A stretch of DNA of 64,000 nucleotides from a virus (taxonomy: Duplodnaviria > Caudoviricetes). Positions within the stretch are counted from its first letter, which is position 1, and every line of letters begins with the position of its first letter. The translations under genes were made by a program, and so were the position numbers. Below, piece after piece: positions 1-10,514 of this stretch. The notes under the pieces are model-generated. The model was not told the origin of the DNA. It did no database searches and worked only from the letters and a program-made list of their open reading frames with translations. The stretch covers positions 32,001 to 96,000 of IMG/VR virus record IMGVR_UViG_2654587976_000001. One strand, 5' to 3'.

Positions 1-934
1 TAATGAATTTGTACTCCATAGACATATCTTGGTTGGTTGTACCATCGGATACTTCTTTAATAAAAGGAGTTCCTTCTTTGACAACCTTAATAGGTTTGGC
101 GTTGGCTGGTAGAACCATCAAACGATCATTTGCAATTTGGAATTCAAAAGTGTTTGGTTTGTGGCTTTGAGGGATAGGAAGGAGGGAGTATCCGTTCCAA
201 ACGGAGAGAACACCGTTTTTGTTAATTTGATCTTTCATATTTTCACTCATGAGAGTAGTAGCACCGGATAGTTTAGACAATGCTGTGCGTGTTCCAGCAA
301 TAATGATTTGAGATCCTTGGTTTGCTGCTTGAACATGCTCTGCCTGCTCAATTAGTGTTGCGTCATTATAGGTGCCAGTCTGTTTGAACTCAGCAGGTAA
401 GTATGCCATAGAAGCCATGAATTCAGTATAGATACGTGAATTCAACTCCTGAGTGAATGCTTCACTTACTTTTTTGATGAAAGCGTCCCAATCAATGCGA
501 CCGGCTAAGAACCGTTTGAAGTCAGTGTAAATTGCAATAGCATACGGCTCAGTTTGTACAGTAAAGGTATCCCCAATATTCAATTTTTGCCGTCTGATGC
601 TCCAATGGTTACCTGAATGGCGCGCTGCTACTAGCATTGTTCTATCTTCAACATAAAATTCATTGGTATCACCAAGAGCTAAATCACGGTAATCCACGAA
701 TTGTTCGAAGAAAGGGCTGGCAATCATACCATCGGTAATTGTTTGATCAAGTACCTCTTCAATAATTTCGAAGATATCATTCTTATAGCGTCTAAATTGA
801 CTAAAGTTTGGCTTGTCCGTGCCGATAATCTCTACAAATGCTTTACGGATAACATCATTTGCCTGATTATTTGAGTAATCTGTAACTCTGTTTTTATATA
901 AATCAATACCCAATTTCACAAGATCTTGTTTCAT
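1..934 (-). CDS. Major capsid protein (3' end runs off the window)
   Basis: Not in the ORF track. ATG at 934 with GGAGG RBS, frame MKQDLVKLGIDLYKNRV...FRRYKNDIFEIIEEVLDQ, downstream of portal and protease/scaffold genes. Confidence 0.75.
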   Translation of the reverse strand, partial: MKQDLVKLGIDLYKNRVTDYSNNQANDVIRKAFVEIIGTDKPNFSQFRRYKNDIFEIIEEVLDQTITDGMIASPFFEQFVDYRDLALGDTNEFYVEDRTMLVAARHSGNHWSIRRQKLNIGDTFTVQTEPYAIAIYTDFKRFLAGRIDWDAFIKKVSEAFTQELNSRIYTEFMASMAYLPAEFKQTGTYNDATLIEQAEHVQAANQGSQIIIAGTRTALSKLSGATTLMSENMKDQINKNGVLSVWNGYSLLPIPQSHKPNTFEFQIANDRLMVLPANAKPIKVVKEGTPFIKEVSDGTTNQDMSMEYKFI

Positions 935-958
935 TAATTAACCTCCAAGTTATGATTA

Positions 959-1501
959 TTAGTTTTGTTCTACTCTGATAACGACTAAATCAAGCATTCC
1001 GCCCACATAACCAGGTTTCCCGGTTACTGTTTGAGTGCCAATCTTTTCGATGGCTTCGATTCGCCCTACAAATCTTTGATCGGCTACATCTGCCTCTACA
1101 ATCTCTTTATATTTGAAAGAATTAGCTTGTAAGGTGACCTTATTTCCAATTACAACTTGTTCACCAAGAGCATCAATTAGATCTGGTGAAACAGAAAAGA
1201 TATCGCCTTCAACAAGGTCGTATACTCTAAAAATTTGACCGGCGTCAATTTTGAAATACTTTAAATTGTTTTGTGATCTGCGAGTCTGGTCATACATAAT
1301 CTCATCTTGTGCTACAATAGCAGCTTTTTCTTTGGCTGGATCTGTAGCTCTTTTAAATAGGCGCAACTCTCGTTCACCTTCATACGGAACTCCAACCACA
1401 CCAACATTACCATTTTCAACATTAAGTTTTGCTTTTACAGAATGAATATGGGCACCGCCGTATACGGCAGCCAAATTATCTAAACGAACAACTCCTGACA
1501 T
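959..1501 (-). CDS. Putative head decoration/virion protein (yonC position)
   Basis: 180 aa ORF with RBS between scaffold and capsid genes. Confidence 0.55.
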   Translation of the reverse strand: MSGVVRLDNLAAVYGGAHIHSVKAKLNVENGNVGVVGVPYEGERELRLFKRATDPAKEKAAIVAQDEIMYDQTRRSQNNLKYFKIDAGQIFRVYDLVEGDIFSVSPDLIDALGEQVVIGNKVTLQANSFKYKEIVEADVADQRFVGRIEAIEKIGTQTVTGKPGYVGGMLDLVVIRVEQN

Positions 1502-1525
1502 TTAAATGCCTCCTCCAAATGTTAT

Positions 1526-3007
1526 TTAGTTTGAAAACTTTTCGAACAACCCGCCATAAACCAGTTGTGTATCATCATTTTCTTTATTAAAAGGTATTTT
1601 CACAGTTGTATCTTTTTCTTTTTTCGAAGATGAAAAATTTGCTTTCTTTTTTCCTAAAAGAGTGAAGAGTTTCTCTTCAATCTGTTGAATAGATAAACCT
1701 TCAGAAATCGCTTTAACTGAATTGATATCATCTTCAGATAGTTCAAGATTGAACTTTTCATAAAGCTCTTTTTCTTTTTCCTTACGTTGTGAAGAAAGAG
1801 TGTCAGCTTTAAATTGTTTGAGCGCCTCATTTTCTTCTTTAACCGACGCGTAAGTATGTTCAACCTCTTTTTCCTTTGCTTCAAGTTCATCTTTTAGTTT
1901 TTCAACAGGCACCACAGAAAATTTTGATTCATTGCCTTCGATAAAATCTACAATTTCAAACTTCTTTCGGTGTTTTGTTGAAAAATCAATTGTCACCTTG
2001 TCTTCTGAAATGGAGAATTTGAAGCCATACAGTAATCCGTCTTCTTTGTTATCAAATGCAAAAACTTCATCGTCTTTTTGATCTGCGTAGTAATAGCGAA
2101 TTCGCTCTTCAGATTCACCCCAACTATAAGTTTTCACAAACTTTTCTTCACTAAGGGCACGTTTTAATTCAGCTTCTAACTGATTAGCTGACAAGGAAAA
2201 GCTGCTGTCAACTTTGTATGCTGTTTTGAGTTTTTGATTTAACTCTTCATATGAAAGGGCTTCATAATTGATTCCGTTTGCGGCTAACTCTTCTTTAGTA
2301 ACAGAGAATTGTTTTAAAAGTTCTGTTTTATCCAAAGTCTTTATACCTCCTTTATCAGTGTTGATGGATTTAAACAGTTCCATTTTTTCTTGAATACCTT
2401 TGAACATTTTGTCTTCTGAGAATTGAGTTTCGATAGTTGCAGACTGCATAGCAGGGAGGACATCAGTTCCTAATGCACAAGCACCAAAAAAGCTAAATTT
2501 AGTGAAATGGAACACTTCATCAATCCATTCCCCTTCAAAATCATCATGGAGTTCCATGGACTGTGACTTCACGCTGTTTCTGTTGAATATTTCGATTGGA
2601 TCGTCCCATTTTTGCCATACAAGTCCTTCGCAAGTAAGGAATTCTCTTTCTATTCCGTCATCACAAACTCGTTTTTCAAACTTTGCATTGTTCGACTCAG
2701 GAATGAGCCCGATAGCTTGTCCGATATACTTAACTTTAAAGTGACCATCCTCTTTAATTAAAACCATGCGGTGGTCTGAAAAATCAATATCCCCATCAGA
2801 GTTCTCTTCTATGTAGGATAAAATAGGAGTATTAGCAAGAGAGGGGATAGCGGCTTGAACTGCTTCTTTATTAAAATAGCTTCCATTTAGGTTTTCCCCT
2901 AAATGCATCAGCCAAATTTTCACCTTTAAGAATCGAGTGTCTTCTGTTTCAAATGAATCCAAGCTCTGAAAGAGAAGAGGCACATAATTATCTACCGTTT
3001 TGTCCAA
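1526..3007 (-). CDS. yonD: Putative prohead protease/scaffold protein (YonD-like)
   Basis: TTG at 3007 behind AAAGGAGGTG. N-terminal protease-like domain (HLGENLNGS, SQSMEL, GACALG...PAM), charged coiled-coil C-terminus. Confidence 0.65.
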   Translation of the reverse strand: MDKTVDNYVPLLFQSLDSFETEDTRFLKVKIWLMHLGENLNGSYFNKEAVQAAIPSLANTPILSYIEENSDGDIDFSDHRMVLIKEDGHFKVKYIGQAIGLIPESNNAKFEKRVCDDGIEREFLTCEGLVWQKWDDPIEIFNRNSVKSQSMELHDDFEGEWIDEVFHFTKFSFFGACALGTDVLPAMQSATIETQFSEDKMFKGIQEKMELFKSINTDKGGIKTLDKTELLKQFSVTKEELAANGINYEALSYEELNQKLKTAYKVDSSFSLSANQLEAELKRALSEEKFVKTYSWGESEERIRYYYADQKDDEVFAFDNKEDGLLYGFKFSISEDKVTIDFSTKHRKKFEIVDFIEGNESKFSVVPVEKLKDELEAKEKEVEHTYASVKEENEALKQFKADTLSSQRKEKEKELYEKFNLELSEDDINSVKAISEGLSIQQIEEKLFTLLGKKKANFSSSKKEKDTTVKIPFNKENDDTQLVYGGLFEKFSN

Positions 3008-3036
3008 ATTTTCACCTCCTTTCAAAAATCATTTGA

Positions 3037-4479
3037 TTACTCTCGATTAAGGTTTCCTTCATTTTCCCTCGTTTCAACACCTTTATCGGAAAGAGCATCT
3101 TCTTTTTTCTTTGGGGCGCCAGCGGATTTAACGCTTTGTGTGTGAGAGCTGGACAAAGGTATTAAATTATCTGGCAAGTTCATAATTTCATTCTCAAGAA
3201 ATGCCATGTTGTTTAAATTGCTCTGTGTAACCCCCAATGTAGAAGCTAATGCAGACTTAACAGGCATTCCATATTGAGCTGCTTGTAACAAACTGTCTCG
3301 TACAGTTTCTACATTCAATTTTGTAGTTTCTAATAGCTCAATTCTGAATTTATATTCACTATCCATTTTTTTGAGCTTCCTATTTAGCCATCGTTCCAAT
3401 TGTTTTAACACTCTAAAAGCGACTTGTTCATCTGTGATTATCGATTTAGATAGGCCTGTTCCACTCATTCCATCACTGTTGAATAATATTTGACTGACTC
3501 CGGCCGCATTATAATAATCTCTTTCAGCTTTTGCGACAGCATCTGCATCATTGCTTTTTCTTTCAAGCTTAATTGCTTCAATTTGCATAGGAGAGGTTAC
3601 TAGACCAACTTCTTCTGGCAGAGCATTCATTGCCATATTGTGAAAATCAATGGCTGTTTCCATGTTCAATAAAAGCTTGTCTGCTTCTCCAGATTTCTCA
3701 TCCATGGGGATTTTTTGTGTTAGGATCATATAATTGTCCATCTTGTTTTTTACATTGCGAAGTCTTTTGGTTTCATCTATATCAAGAACTGATTCAAAAA
3801 CTGAAGAGAAAGGGGGAAGTAGATATTCAAGTTCCTCATTTACCTTGATACATATAGTGTTTTCGGAGCTCAGTTCTTGCCACCTTAAGCCTGTTTTGTC
3901 TTTGGTGTATTTCAGATACTTAACCCTAAATTCTTTAGGATAATCCTTTAAGATGTCCTTATTAGAATCAAAATAAGCAAAGTCAAAACTGTAGTTGAAA
4001 ACTCCATCTTCAATGGAACTTATCCTACAATAATCTGGGTCAAGTTTTTGAATGAAATACGAATCAGATGTTGTATGCTCATATCCATAAAAGACGTCTT
4101 CTTTAAAGGCAATTAGCAATAGTTTTGTGAATTCGTGCTGAAGATTCATTGTTTCAATAAGTTTTAATATGCTGGAATATTGATCTTTAAAGGGTTTTTC
4201 TTTGAATTTGTCTATATTTAAATCGAAAGGTTTGATTATGTAATCAAAGCGGAGCATAGTTGCAAAATATTGAATCAGGCGTTTATAGTTAGGCGAGGTG
4301 TTATATAAAAAACGGCTAACTCTTCTCAATTCTTTTTGGCTTTTTTGAGGGTTTTGAAGGTACATAATGATATTTTCTTTAGTGAATTTTGAGGAAATAG
4401 CTGATTTGTTATTATTTAAGCTCATGTCGTTGAGAAGTAGCTTGGACAGCTGCGCAAAACTTATTAATTTTTGATCCAT
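3037..4479 (-). CDS. yonE: Putative portal protein (YonE-like)
   Basis: 480 aa ORF directly downstream of the terminase large subunit, SPbeta synteny. Confidence 0.7.
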   Translation of the reverse strand: MDQKLISFAQLSKLLLNDMSLNNNKSAISSKFTKENIIMYLQNPQKSQKELRRVSRFLYNTSPNYKRLIQYFATMLRFDYIIKPFDLNIDKFKEKPFKDQYSSILKLIETMNLQHEFTKLLLIAFKEDVFYGYEHTTSDSYFIQKLDPDYCRISSIEDGVFNYSFDFAYFDSNKDILKDYPKEFRVKYLKYTKDKTGLRWQELSSENTICIKVNEELEYLLPPFSSVFESVLDIDETKRLRNVKNKMDNYMILTQKIPMDEKSGEADKLLLNMETAIDFHNMAMNALPEEVGLVTSPMQIEAIKLERKSNDADAVAKAERDYYNAAGVSQILFNSDGMSGTGLSKSIITDEQVAFRVLKQLERWLNRKLKKMDSEYKFRIELLETTKLNVETVRDSLLQAAQYGMPVKSALASTLGVTQSNLNNMAFLENEIMNLPDNLIPLSSSHTQSVKSAGAPKKKEDALSDKGVETRENEGNLNRE

Positions 4480-4505
4480 TTGTTACAAATTTCAACTCCT
4501 TTCTT

Positions 4506-6320
4506 TTAAGAAATTTGCGGTTGTTTAAACAGGAACATTTTATTCATATCAATTTTGGGATGCTCTTTTTTTGTTATGTTTTCACGTCTTAGTTGCTTTA
4601 AGTACCAAGCAAGCATTGCAATTGTATATGCACGGTCGTCGTGAACTTTACTTTTCTTATCAGGAGGCAAGTCATACCTTACTTTGCTACTACTCCCAGA
4701 AGAAAATTTATAGATGCTGACAAGCTCTTCTTTTGCTAAATCAATATTTGTTAAAGACAAAATTTCTTCATCGGTTAGCTTGTACTTTTTTCCTTCACCG
4801 TTATCAGTAGGTAAAGTGATTTCTCCCTTATAATCATAGGTTTCAGTAAAAGATATTAAGTTTAAATCCATCATCTCAATTAAAGATTCAAACATGTCGC
4901 TTTTTAGTTTTTGAGGTGAGAGGAGGGAGAGTTTGTCACTGGCGTTTGGATACTTGGAAATGTAAGATTTGTACTCTTCGTGTTGTTTATCAATAAGACC
5001 CCTGTGTTTAACACCCTTAGTATCTGTCCAGTCCTCCAGTAAACCATCTGCCCAGGCATTCATACCGCCACCGCCAGCACCGGCATCTAAGAGAATTCTT
5101 TCGATATTTTCATAATCAGCTGCCTTTGTTCCATTGTAATTTAGAAGCATCCTTTTAAAATCCTTAACTTGATCAGGAGTCTTAATTGGGGTTTTCTTTT
5201 TCTTTTCTAGATCAGTCCAAGAAACATTATTAGAAATTTCAAGCCGGTAGCCTACATTCTCATCATTAATTAGCTCTGCAACTGTGCATACTGAGTTGTC
5301 ATGATTTCTTGCAGGGTCGATGGCCATTAAAAATTTTCTGGAGCCATCATTAGCAAGAACAGGGGGGCGCGTTACAGAATTTCTGATAATCATTGCACGT
5401 TTGATGATTTGATTGTCTGATCCCTCGGTGGTGAATATGTTCTTATATTCACGCATAGCTTTTTCTTTGTTATCTCTCATTGCTGCATCCACAGTTTCTT
5501 GGGATAGCAAAGACACAGGGTACAGTTTTCCATTAAAGGTGGCATTTATAACAATGTCTGAACTGATATCTGCGACAAAATATCTTTTGTCTCCTAAGAA
5601 CATCTTTTTAGCAAAATCGCTATATTTTCGATAGAAGTAGGTATCTGTTGAAGAGGCTGACGAGGCATAAATCAGTTGGTTGGGCATTTGTTTAGGAAAT
5701 AGAGTGACATCAACATCTCCACCTAGTCTAAAATCACTGTTCTGAACAGCAAACGGTTCAGAAGTCGTAAAAAGCTCATCAGGAGCAAAACCACTTTCAT
5801 CATAGAAATTTAGATTAGAACGCTTCGAGCGGTTGTTGTCAAAGGATCCGTTTAATGAATTTACAATACTTCCGTTATAAAGTTTGTATTGAAATGATGC
5901 GGGGTTGTGGGTGAAGCCATCAGTGTTTGCTGCACTCTTAACGGTTTCGTTATAAAAAATGTCTGTAAGGCCGGTAAAGGACGCAATCTCTCTTTTCGCT
6001 ATTTTTTCAATTTTTAAGAACATCTCTTGCGATTGTGAACCAACACCAGCCAAGATATACGCTTGGAAATTGGGGATCAGGAGACTTTTGGCCATAATAA
6101 AAGGGCTTCCCAGTGTTGTTTTTCCTGAGTTTCGCCCCATGCACCAAAGAACATATTGCTTGTACCAACTTTCAGTAAAAGCGTACTTTTGATAATCTAA
6201 AAGTTCCATGCCGAAGAATCTTTCTACAAATTTGACCGGGTTTTTTCGCCCCCACTGAATGACTTCGGCAAGCTTAATAAATCCATCTATTTTCCGTTGA
6301 GACATATTAGCTTTAGTCAT
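4506..6320 (-). CDS. yonF: Terminase large subunit (YonF-like)
   Basis: Walker A GRNSGKTT, Walker B NFYDE, C-terminal nuclease motifs AIDPAR and HDDRAY. Confidence 0.85.
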   Translation of the reverse strand: MTKANMSQRKIDGFIKLAEVIQWGRKNPVKFVERFFGMELLDYQKYAFTESWYKQYVLWCMGRNSGKTTLGSPFIMAKSLLIPNFQAYILAGVGSQSQEMFLKIEKIAKREIASFTGLTDIFYNETVKSAANTDGFTHNPASFQYKLYNGSIVNSLNGSFDNNRSKRSNLNFYDESGFAPDELFTTSEPFAVQNSDFRLGGDVDVTLFPKQMPNQLIYASSASSTDTYFYRKYSDFAKKMFLGDKRYFVADISSDIVINATFNGKLYPVSLLSQETVDAAMRDNKEKAMREYKNIFTTEGSDNQIIKRAMIIRNSVTRPPVLANDGSRKFLMAIDPARNHDNSVCTVAELINDENVGYRLEISNNVSWTDLEKKKKTPIKTPDQVKDFKRMLLNYNGTKAADYENIERILLDAGAGGGGMNAWADGLLEDWTDTKGVKHRGLIDKQHEEYKSYISKYPNASDKLSLLSPQKLKSDMFESLIEMMDLNLISFTETYDYKGEITLPTDNGEGKKYKLTDEEILSLTNIDLAKEELVSIYKFSSGSSSKVRYDLPPDKKSKVHDDRAYTIAMLAWYLKQLRRENITKKEHPKIDMNKMFLFKQPQIS

Positions 6321-7362
6321 TTGTCAAAGTTCCTTCTGTTTTTCTCAGGCTAAATAATTCTTTCTTAAGCTTCCGGTTTTCTTCTTCAAGAGTAATTGTT
6401 CTTGCATCTAAGCTCTGAATAATTTCTCTTTGTTCCATAATCATTGAAGTATAATCATTCTCGTCGAATTGCAATTGATCCATAATACTTTTATTGCTTA
6501 AATCAGCTACTTGTCTTATCCCTTGTGCTGTTTCAATATCAAATTGATTAACTTCTCCTTCTTCAAAGCCTTTCTCCTGAAGTGTTTTAATAATTCCAGA
6601 AAGAGTCCCGGCACCTTTGCTTTTATTGTTGTTATGGTTTACCGAGATACCATTGTCTTTAGCTAAAGCCAGCATGGATTTGAGAATCTTTTCTTTGGAG
6701 TCAATTAAGGATTTAATGCCGCCTGCCTGATTAGACATATTAGCTACGTCACTTGTAATTGTCGCAATTGCTCGGTTTATTTTATCAATTTGATTAAATC
6801 CTTTTACAATTTCAATTACAGCGGGTAGTTTGAAATTGTCCTCTAATGTTCCTTCGTCAAGGAAGTTGACTAGGTTATTGTAAAGAAGACGTTTATCACT
6901 CTCAATTTCTCCTTCGAACGGATCATATCCCAACATCCTTAATACATCTTTTTTATTGGTATCATCTAACTGAATGCCATCATCTTTAGATGGATGATCT
7001 GCGTTTATTTCTTGCTGTGTTTTCGTGCCATCTTCGTCGAACTCACTGTCTTGCCATGTTTTCATGCGGTTATGTCTTAGACCTAAATTCTTCATGTAAA
7101 TTGAAAATAAATGCCTATTTCTATTTGCTGCTTCTTCAATTGAAGAAATCCAGGTAGTGTGTAAGTATGGTTTATCAAGCATTCGTAAGAGATTTTGTAT
7201 ATGGATAGGACTTTCTATGTCTGAGTCAGCAATTTTTAATAAGCATTGTTTACAGACGTGTAGCTTACCTGTTGCAGCGTGAAAAGGGGAGGCAGAGGCG
7301 TAATATTGCCCTGCGTCTCTTTCTTTTCCACAACAGGAGCAAACAATTTTTTCAATATTCAT
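6313..7362 (-). CDS. yonG: YonG-like protein with N-terminal Zn finger, possible terminase small subunit
   Basis: CSCC...CKQC motif, overlaps the start of the terminase large subunit gene. Confidence 0.6.
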   Translation of the reverse strand: MNIEKIVCSCCGKERDAGQYYASASPFHAATGKLHVCKQCLLKIADSDIESPIHIQNLLRMLDKPYLHTTWISSIEEAANRNRHLFSIYMKNLGLRHNRMKTWQDSEFDEDGTKTQQEINADHPSKDDGIQLDDTNKKDVLRMLGYDPFEGEIESDKRLLYNNLVNFLDEGTLEDNFKLPAVIEIVKGFNQIDKINRAIATITSDVANMSNQAGGIKSLIDSKEKILKSMLALAKDNGISVNHNNNKSKGAGTLSGIIKTLQEKGFEEGEVNQFDIETAQGIRQVADLSNKSIMDQLQFDENDYTSMIMEQREIIQSLDARTITLEEENRKLKKELFSLRKTEGTLTND

Positions 7363-7401
7363 CTACTCACCTCCGTTAATTTCTAAAAACACGTTTTATA
7401 A

Positions 7402-7450
7402 AACGCCCAGCAATAGAGCGGAAGGGGGTACCGCAATCATCCTGGGCGTT
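7402..7450. terminator. Intergenic stem-loop (terminator or RNA processing hairpin)
   Basis: AACGCCCAG...CTGGGCGTT inverted repeat with an inner GCGG/CCGC stem. Confidence 0.45.
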
Positions 7451-7462
7451 CTAAAAAGGTGT

Positions 7463-7828
7463 TTAAACTAAAGAAGAGAGGACTTCATCATGATGAAATC
7501 CTCCTTTGATCTCAATTCCTAATTTTTTAATTGTTTTGAGTTGATCTTTAGTAACAGTACTGTCGATATAAACGCCATTCGGAAAATGGTTACCTTCTAA
7601 ATAATTGACTGAGATAATAGTACAACTAATTCCTTTTTCTTTGGCTAAGTCTTTGTAAACCTTTTGATGAGCACCTACAAGTAAAGGAATATTATTCTCT
7701 TGTGATAGCCTAAGAAGAGTTGTTTTACCTTTACCTCTCTGAGAACCATTTACCAGCAGTATTTTGGGTGCATTTTTATGAAATTTTTCTTGTAGTGATT
7801 TATCCACGTCATTAAAAACAACTTTCAT
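7463..7828 (-). CDS. Small P-loop-like protein (yonH position)
   Basis: [10 protein letters not shown] Walker A-like motif, frame is open further upstream without a canonical start. Confidence 0.55.
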   Translation of the reverse strand: MKVVFNDVDKSLQEKFHKNAPKILLVNGSQRGKGKTTLLRLSQENNIPLLVGAHQKVYKDLAKEKGISCTIISVNYLEGNHFPNGVYIDSTVTKDQLKTIKKLGIEIKGGFHHDEVLSSLV

Positions 7829-7995
7829 TCGCTTGGATGGAGGTTGGATTTTCTCTCCAAAAATAGTTAAATGAATAGCTTCTAATACACGCTTAATCTC
7901 AGAATCACATCTGTATCCAGACTGTTTTAACTCTGAGAGGGTTTCTAAATGTTTATTTAAGTATTTAAAATCTTCATCCTCAATCGTTTTTTGTA

Positions 7996-8325
7996 TTACT
8001 TTAATAAACTTTCAATAGCTCCTAGGCTCACAACTGTCTCATAAGGTGAATAGTGTTTTGCTGCCACACTCATGTTTCTTAAATCATCTATGGCAATTCT
8101 TTTATTTATAAAAGCTTCTCTATGAGTCTCAATAACATATTTAGGATCAGCAAATGGCTTACTTACAGTATTACAAGTCACTTCTTCATAAACAGCAGGA
8201 ATTGAATCCAACAGATACTTATAATCACACAGCTCTTTCATTAATTGTTCTTTGTTAATATTTCCTGTTCCATCTTCAATGATTTCCTTCCAGAAAGACT
8301 CGTAAACATCTTTGTAATCAGTCAC
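7996..8325 (-). CDS. Hypothetical phage protein
   Basis: 109 aa ORF in the late operon. Confidence 0.6.
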   Translation of the reverse strand: MTDYKDVYESFWKEIIEDGTGNINKEQLMKELCDYKYLLDSIPAVYEEVTCNTVSKPFADPKYVIETHREAFINKRIAIDDLRNMSVAAKHYSPYETVVSLGAIESLLK

Positions 8326-8339
8326 TTACACTGCCCCAA

Positions 8340-8367
8340 TCCGAATAAAATTAAAGTTTTATCAATA
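8340..8367 (-). repeat. 28-bp 11-6-11 junction site (minus orientation)
   Basis: Minus strand TATTGA TAAAA CTTTAA TTTTA TTCGGA, overlapping the TGA stop of 8362..8841. Confidence 0.55.
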
Positions 8368-8841
8368 GTGAATTTTAAAGAATTCGTTATCTTGTGGGTT
8401 TACTTTGAAAATCAAATCTAAACCTGAAACTTCTCCACTAACACCTTTAAGTTCTGCTCTAGAAATAATTTCGACATTGTTAAATTCTAAAGTAACCTTG
8501 TGTGACTTTGTTGTCTCAATATGGCGACCAATTGTTTCAGCTAATAGTTTGAATTCAGAGCGAGGAGTTTCTTTTAAAACTGAAATATATTGTTTCTTCC
8601 CTAACTTTGATTCAAAGGAGGTAGGAGCTTTATATTCACCTAAAAATTTAAGTACATCAAAGTTAAGCAGAGCATTCTTTGCAAAAATCAAATACGTTTC
8701 ATGTTCATCGCTATAAAAGATTTCAACATCTTGAAGAGTTGTTAAATCAATTAAAGACTCTTCAGTTTTTTTATCATACAAATGAAGGTTATACACTTCG
8801 TGCATTGCTAAGTCCACGTATATTTCCTCCCTGATTATCAT
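8362..8841 (-). CDS. Hypothetical phage protein
   Basis: 159 aa ORF in the late operon. Confidence 0.6.
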   Translation of the reverse strand: MIIREEIYVDLAMHEVYNLHLYDKKTEESLIDLTTLQDVEIFYSDEHETYLIFAKNALLNFDVLKFLGEYKAPTSFESKLGKKQYISVLKETPRSEFKLLAETIGRHIETTKSHKVTLEFNNVEIISRAELKGVSGEVSGLDLIFKVNPQDNEFFKIHY

Positions 8842-10030
8842 TTTTAAATCTAATTATGTATGTAGCTTCAATACCTGCATCATCAAAAACCATAAATTTT
8901 TGAGAAGGTTTTGTTCCGAACCGACCTTGCATCGCATAATCATCTGCACCGACAAGCGCTCCGTTTACTACAACTGTTGTGCTACCGTACTCTTTTTCAT
9001 AATTGTGATGAATATGACCACCGAATATGTAAGAAGGGATGTAGCCAAGTAATTGAGGTAATCGTGTTACACACTGATCAACACGATCGTAGTGTCCGTG
9101 TACAAACACGACTTCCTGATTGTTGATTTTAGCGGGGATGAAACCGTCTTGCTCAGGTTCAATGGAGATGTTCTTTATGTTCTTCAATCTGGCTTCGAGG
9201 TACCAATTAATGAGGTATTCAAAGTTTTCCTTAATCCCTACATCATTTTTAGAAGGGGAGAGGCGACCGTGATTACCTGCCACGTTGTAGAACTTAACTT
9301 CTTGAAACTCACTTGCCAACATCGCTAAAACCTCGGCAAGCGTTTCTGATACATATTTAATTTGTTCTACAGCATCTTCATTGGCCTGAACTCTTGTAGA
9401 CACATGAATAAGACCTCCGATTAAATCACCGAGGTTTGCTACATGTAATGTGGAGACATGATTCTGCTTACCATACTCAATCACTTTGTTGGTGAGATGT
9501 TCTACACGCTCATTAAAAATTTCTTTATTGAATTTGTTAATGCGGTTGTCGATTTCCATTCCGAAGTGCCAATCACTGAATAAAGCAAGTCCGTGTTTTT
9601 CAGCAATAGCAGGTGATGGGAAGGTGAAGCGAAGGGGTCTTTTTGACTCTAGAGATGCAATAGCTTGAACAACATCATCTTTAATTTGTTCAAACCGTGC
9701 TTGATTGGCAATGAATTTCCGGTATTCTCTTTTTTGATCTCGTGCTTTGATTGTTTGTTTTTCGGATTCAATGCGAATTTCTTCATGTTTTTGTTGAACT
9801 TCTTTGTTCATATTCTTTGAGATAAAGTAATCGTGCCAGCGCTCAAATTGTTTAAAGTCTTTACGCCATTTGCTTTCATCATAGTTGGTTCCCTGATCCT
9901 TGTTTAAAAGGGTAGCAATTGTTTTTGTGTCAATGTGATAAGTATCTTTGTTTTTGAAAAGTCTAATATGATAATCAGTGAACGATTCGTCTTTTTCTCG
10001 TTGTAAAACAGTATCTAAAATAGCTGTCAT
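8789..10030 (-). CDS. yonJ: Calcineurin-like metallophosphoesterase (YonJ-like)
   Basis: SDWH, GD, GNHG, HGH and GHIHH metallophosphoesterase motifs. Confidence 0.8.
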   Translation of the reverse strand: MTAILDTVLQREKDESFTDYHIRLFKNKDTYHIDTKTIATLLNKDQGTNYDESKWRKDFKQFERWHDYFISKNMNKEVQQKHEEIRIESEKQTIKARDQKREYRKFIANQARFEQIKDDVVQAIASLESKRPLRFTFPSPAIAEKHGLALFSDWHFGMEIDNRINKFNKEIFNERVEHLTNKVIEYGKQNHVSTLHVANLGDLIGGLIHVSTRVQANEDAVEQIKYVSETLAEVLAMLASEFQEVKFYNVAGNHGRLSPSKNDVGIKENFEYLINWYLEARLKNIKNISIEPEQDGFIPAKINNQEVVFVHGHYDRVDQCVTRLPQLLGYIPSYIFGGHIHHNYEKEYGSTTVVVNGALVGADDYAMQGRFGTKPSQKFMVFDDAGIEATYIIRFKNDNQGGNIRGLSNARSV

Positions 10031-10041
10031 TCAGTCACCAC

Positions 10042-10251
10042 CTACTCAGAAAGTCCTTCAGTTTCTTGAGGAACAACATCACTGTCGCTTTTTAACGTGA
10101 AATCAATTGGATCTGTTTTGCTTTCAAGCTCTCTTAGGTATTTAGATAGTGAGTGAATTTGTATACCATCACCTTTATGTTCAATAATTTGATCTTCATC
10201 TACATTTACAGTGCATTTTTTAAAAGAATATTCTTTCTTGCCTTTAGCCAA
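10042..10251 (-). CDS. yonK: YonK family protein
   Basis: TTG at 10251 behind GGAGG, small acidic protein at the head of the late operon. Confidence 0.6.
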   Translation of the reverse strand: MAKGKKEYSFKKCTVNVDEDQIIEHKGDGIQIHSLSKYLRELESKTDPIDFTLKSDSDVVPQETEGLSE

Positions 10252-10514
10252 ATTAAATTCCTCCAATATGTGTTTTATTTACGTTCAATAAGCTCCTTCG
10301 GAAGCCCGATGATCCGAAGCATCGGTAACGACCGAAAAGGGGATATAAAGGAGATGAAAAGATAAGTCGGATAGACGTTGGGGAAACGCCCGAAGGAGAT
10401 TATTGATTACTTGCGTACCGAAAGGCTCGTAAGCACATTCCGGCTGATCGGTAAAGTGAAACGCAAGCACAAAAAGACCTCGCCATAGGATGCGGAAGCC
10501 TCGTTCTGATTGCG

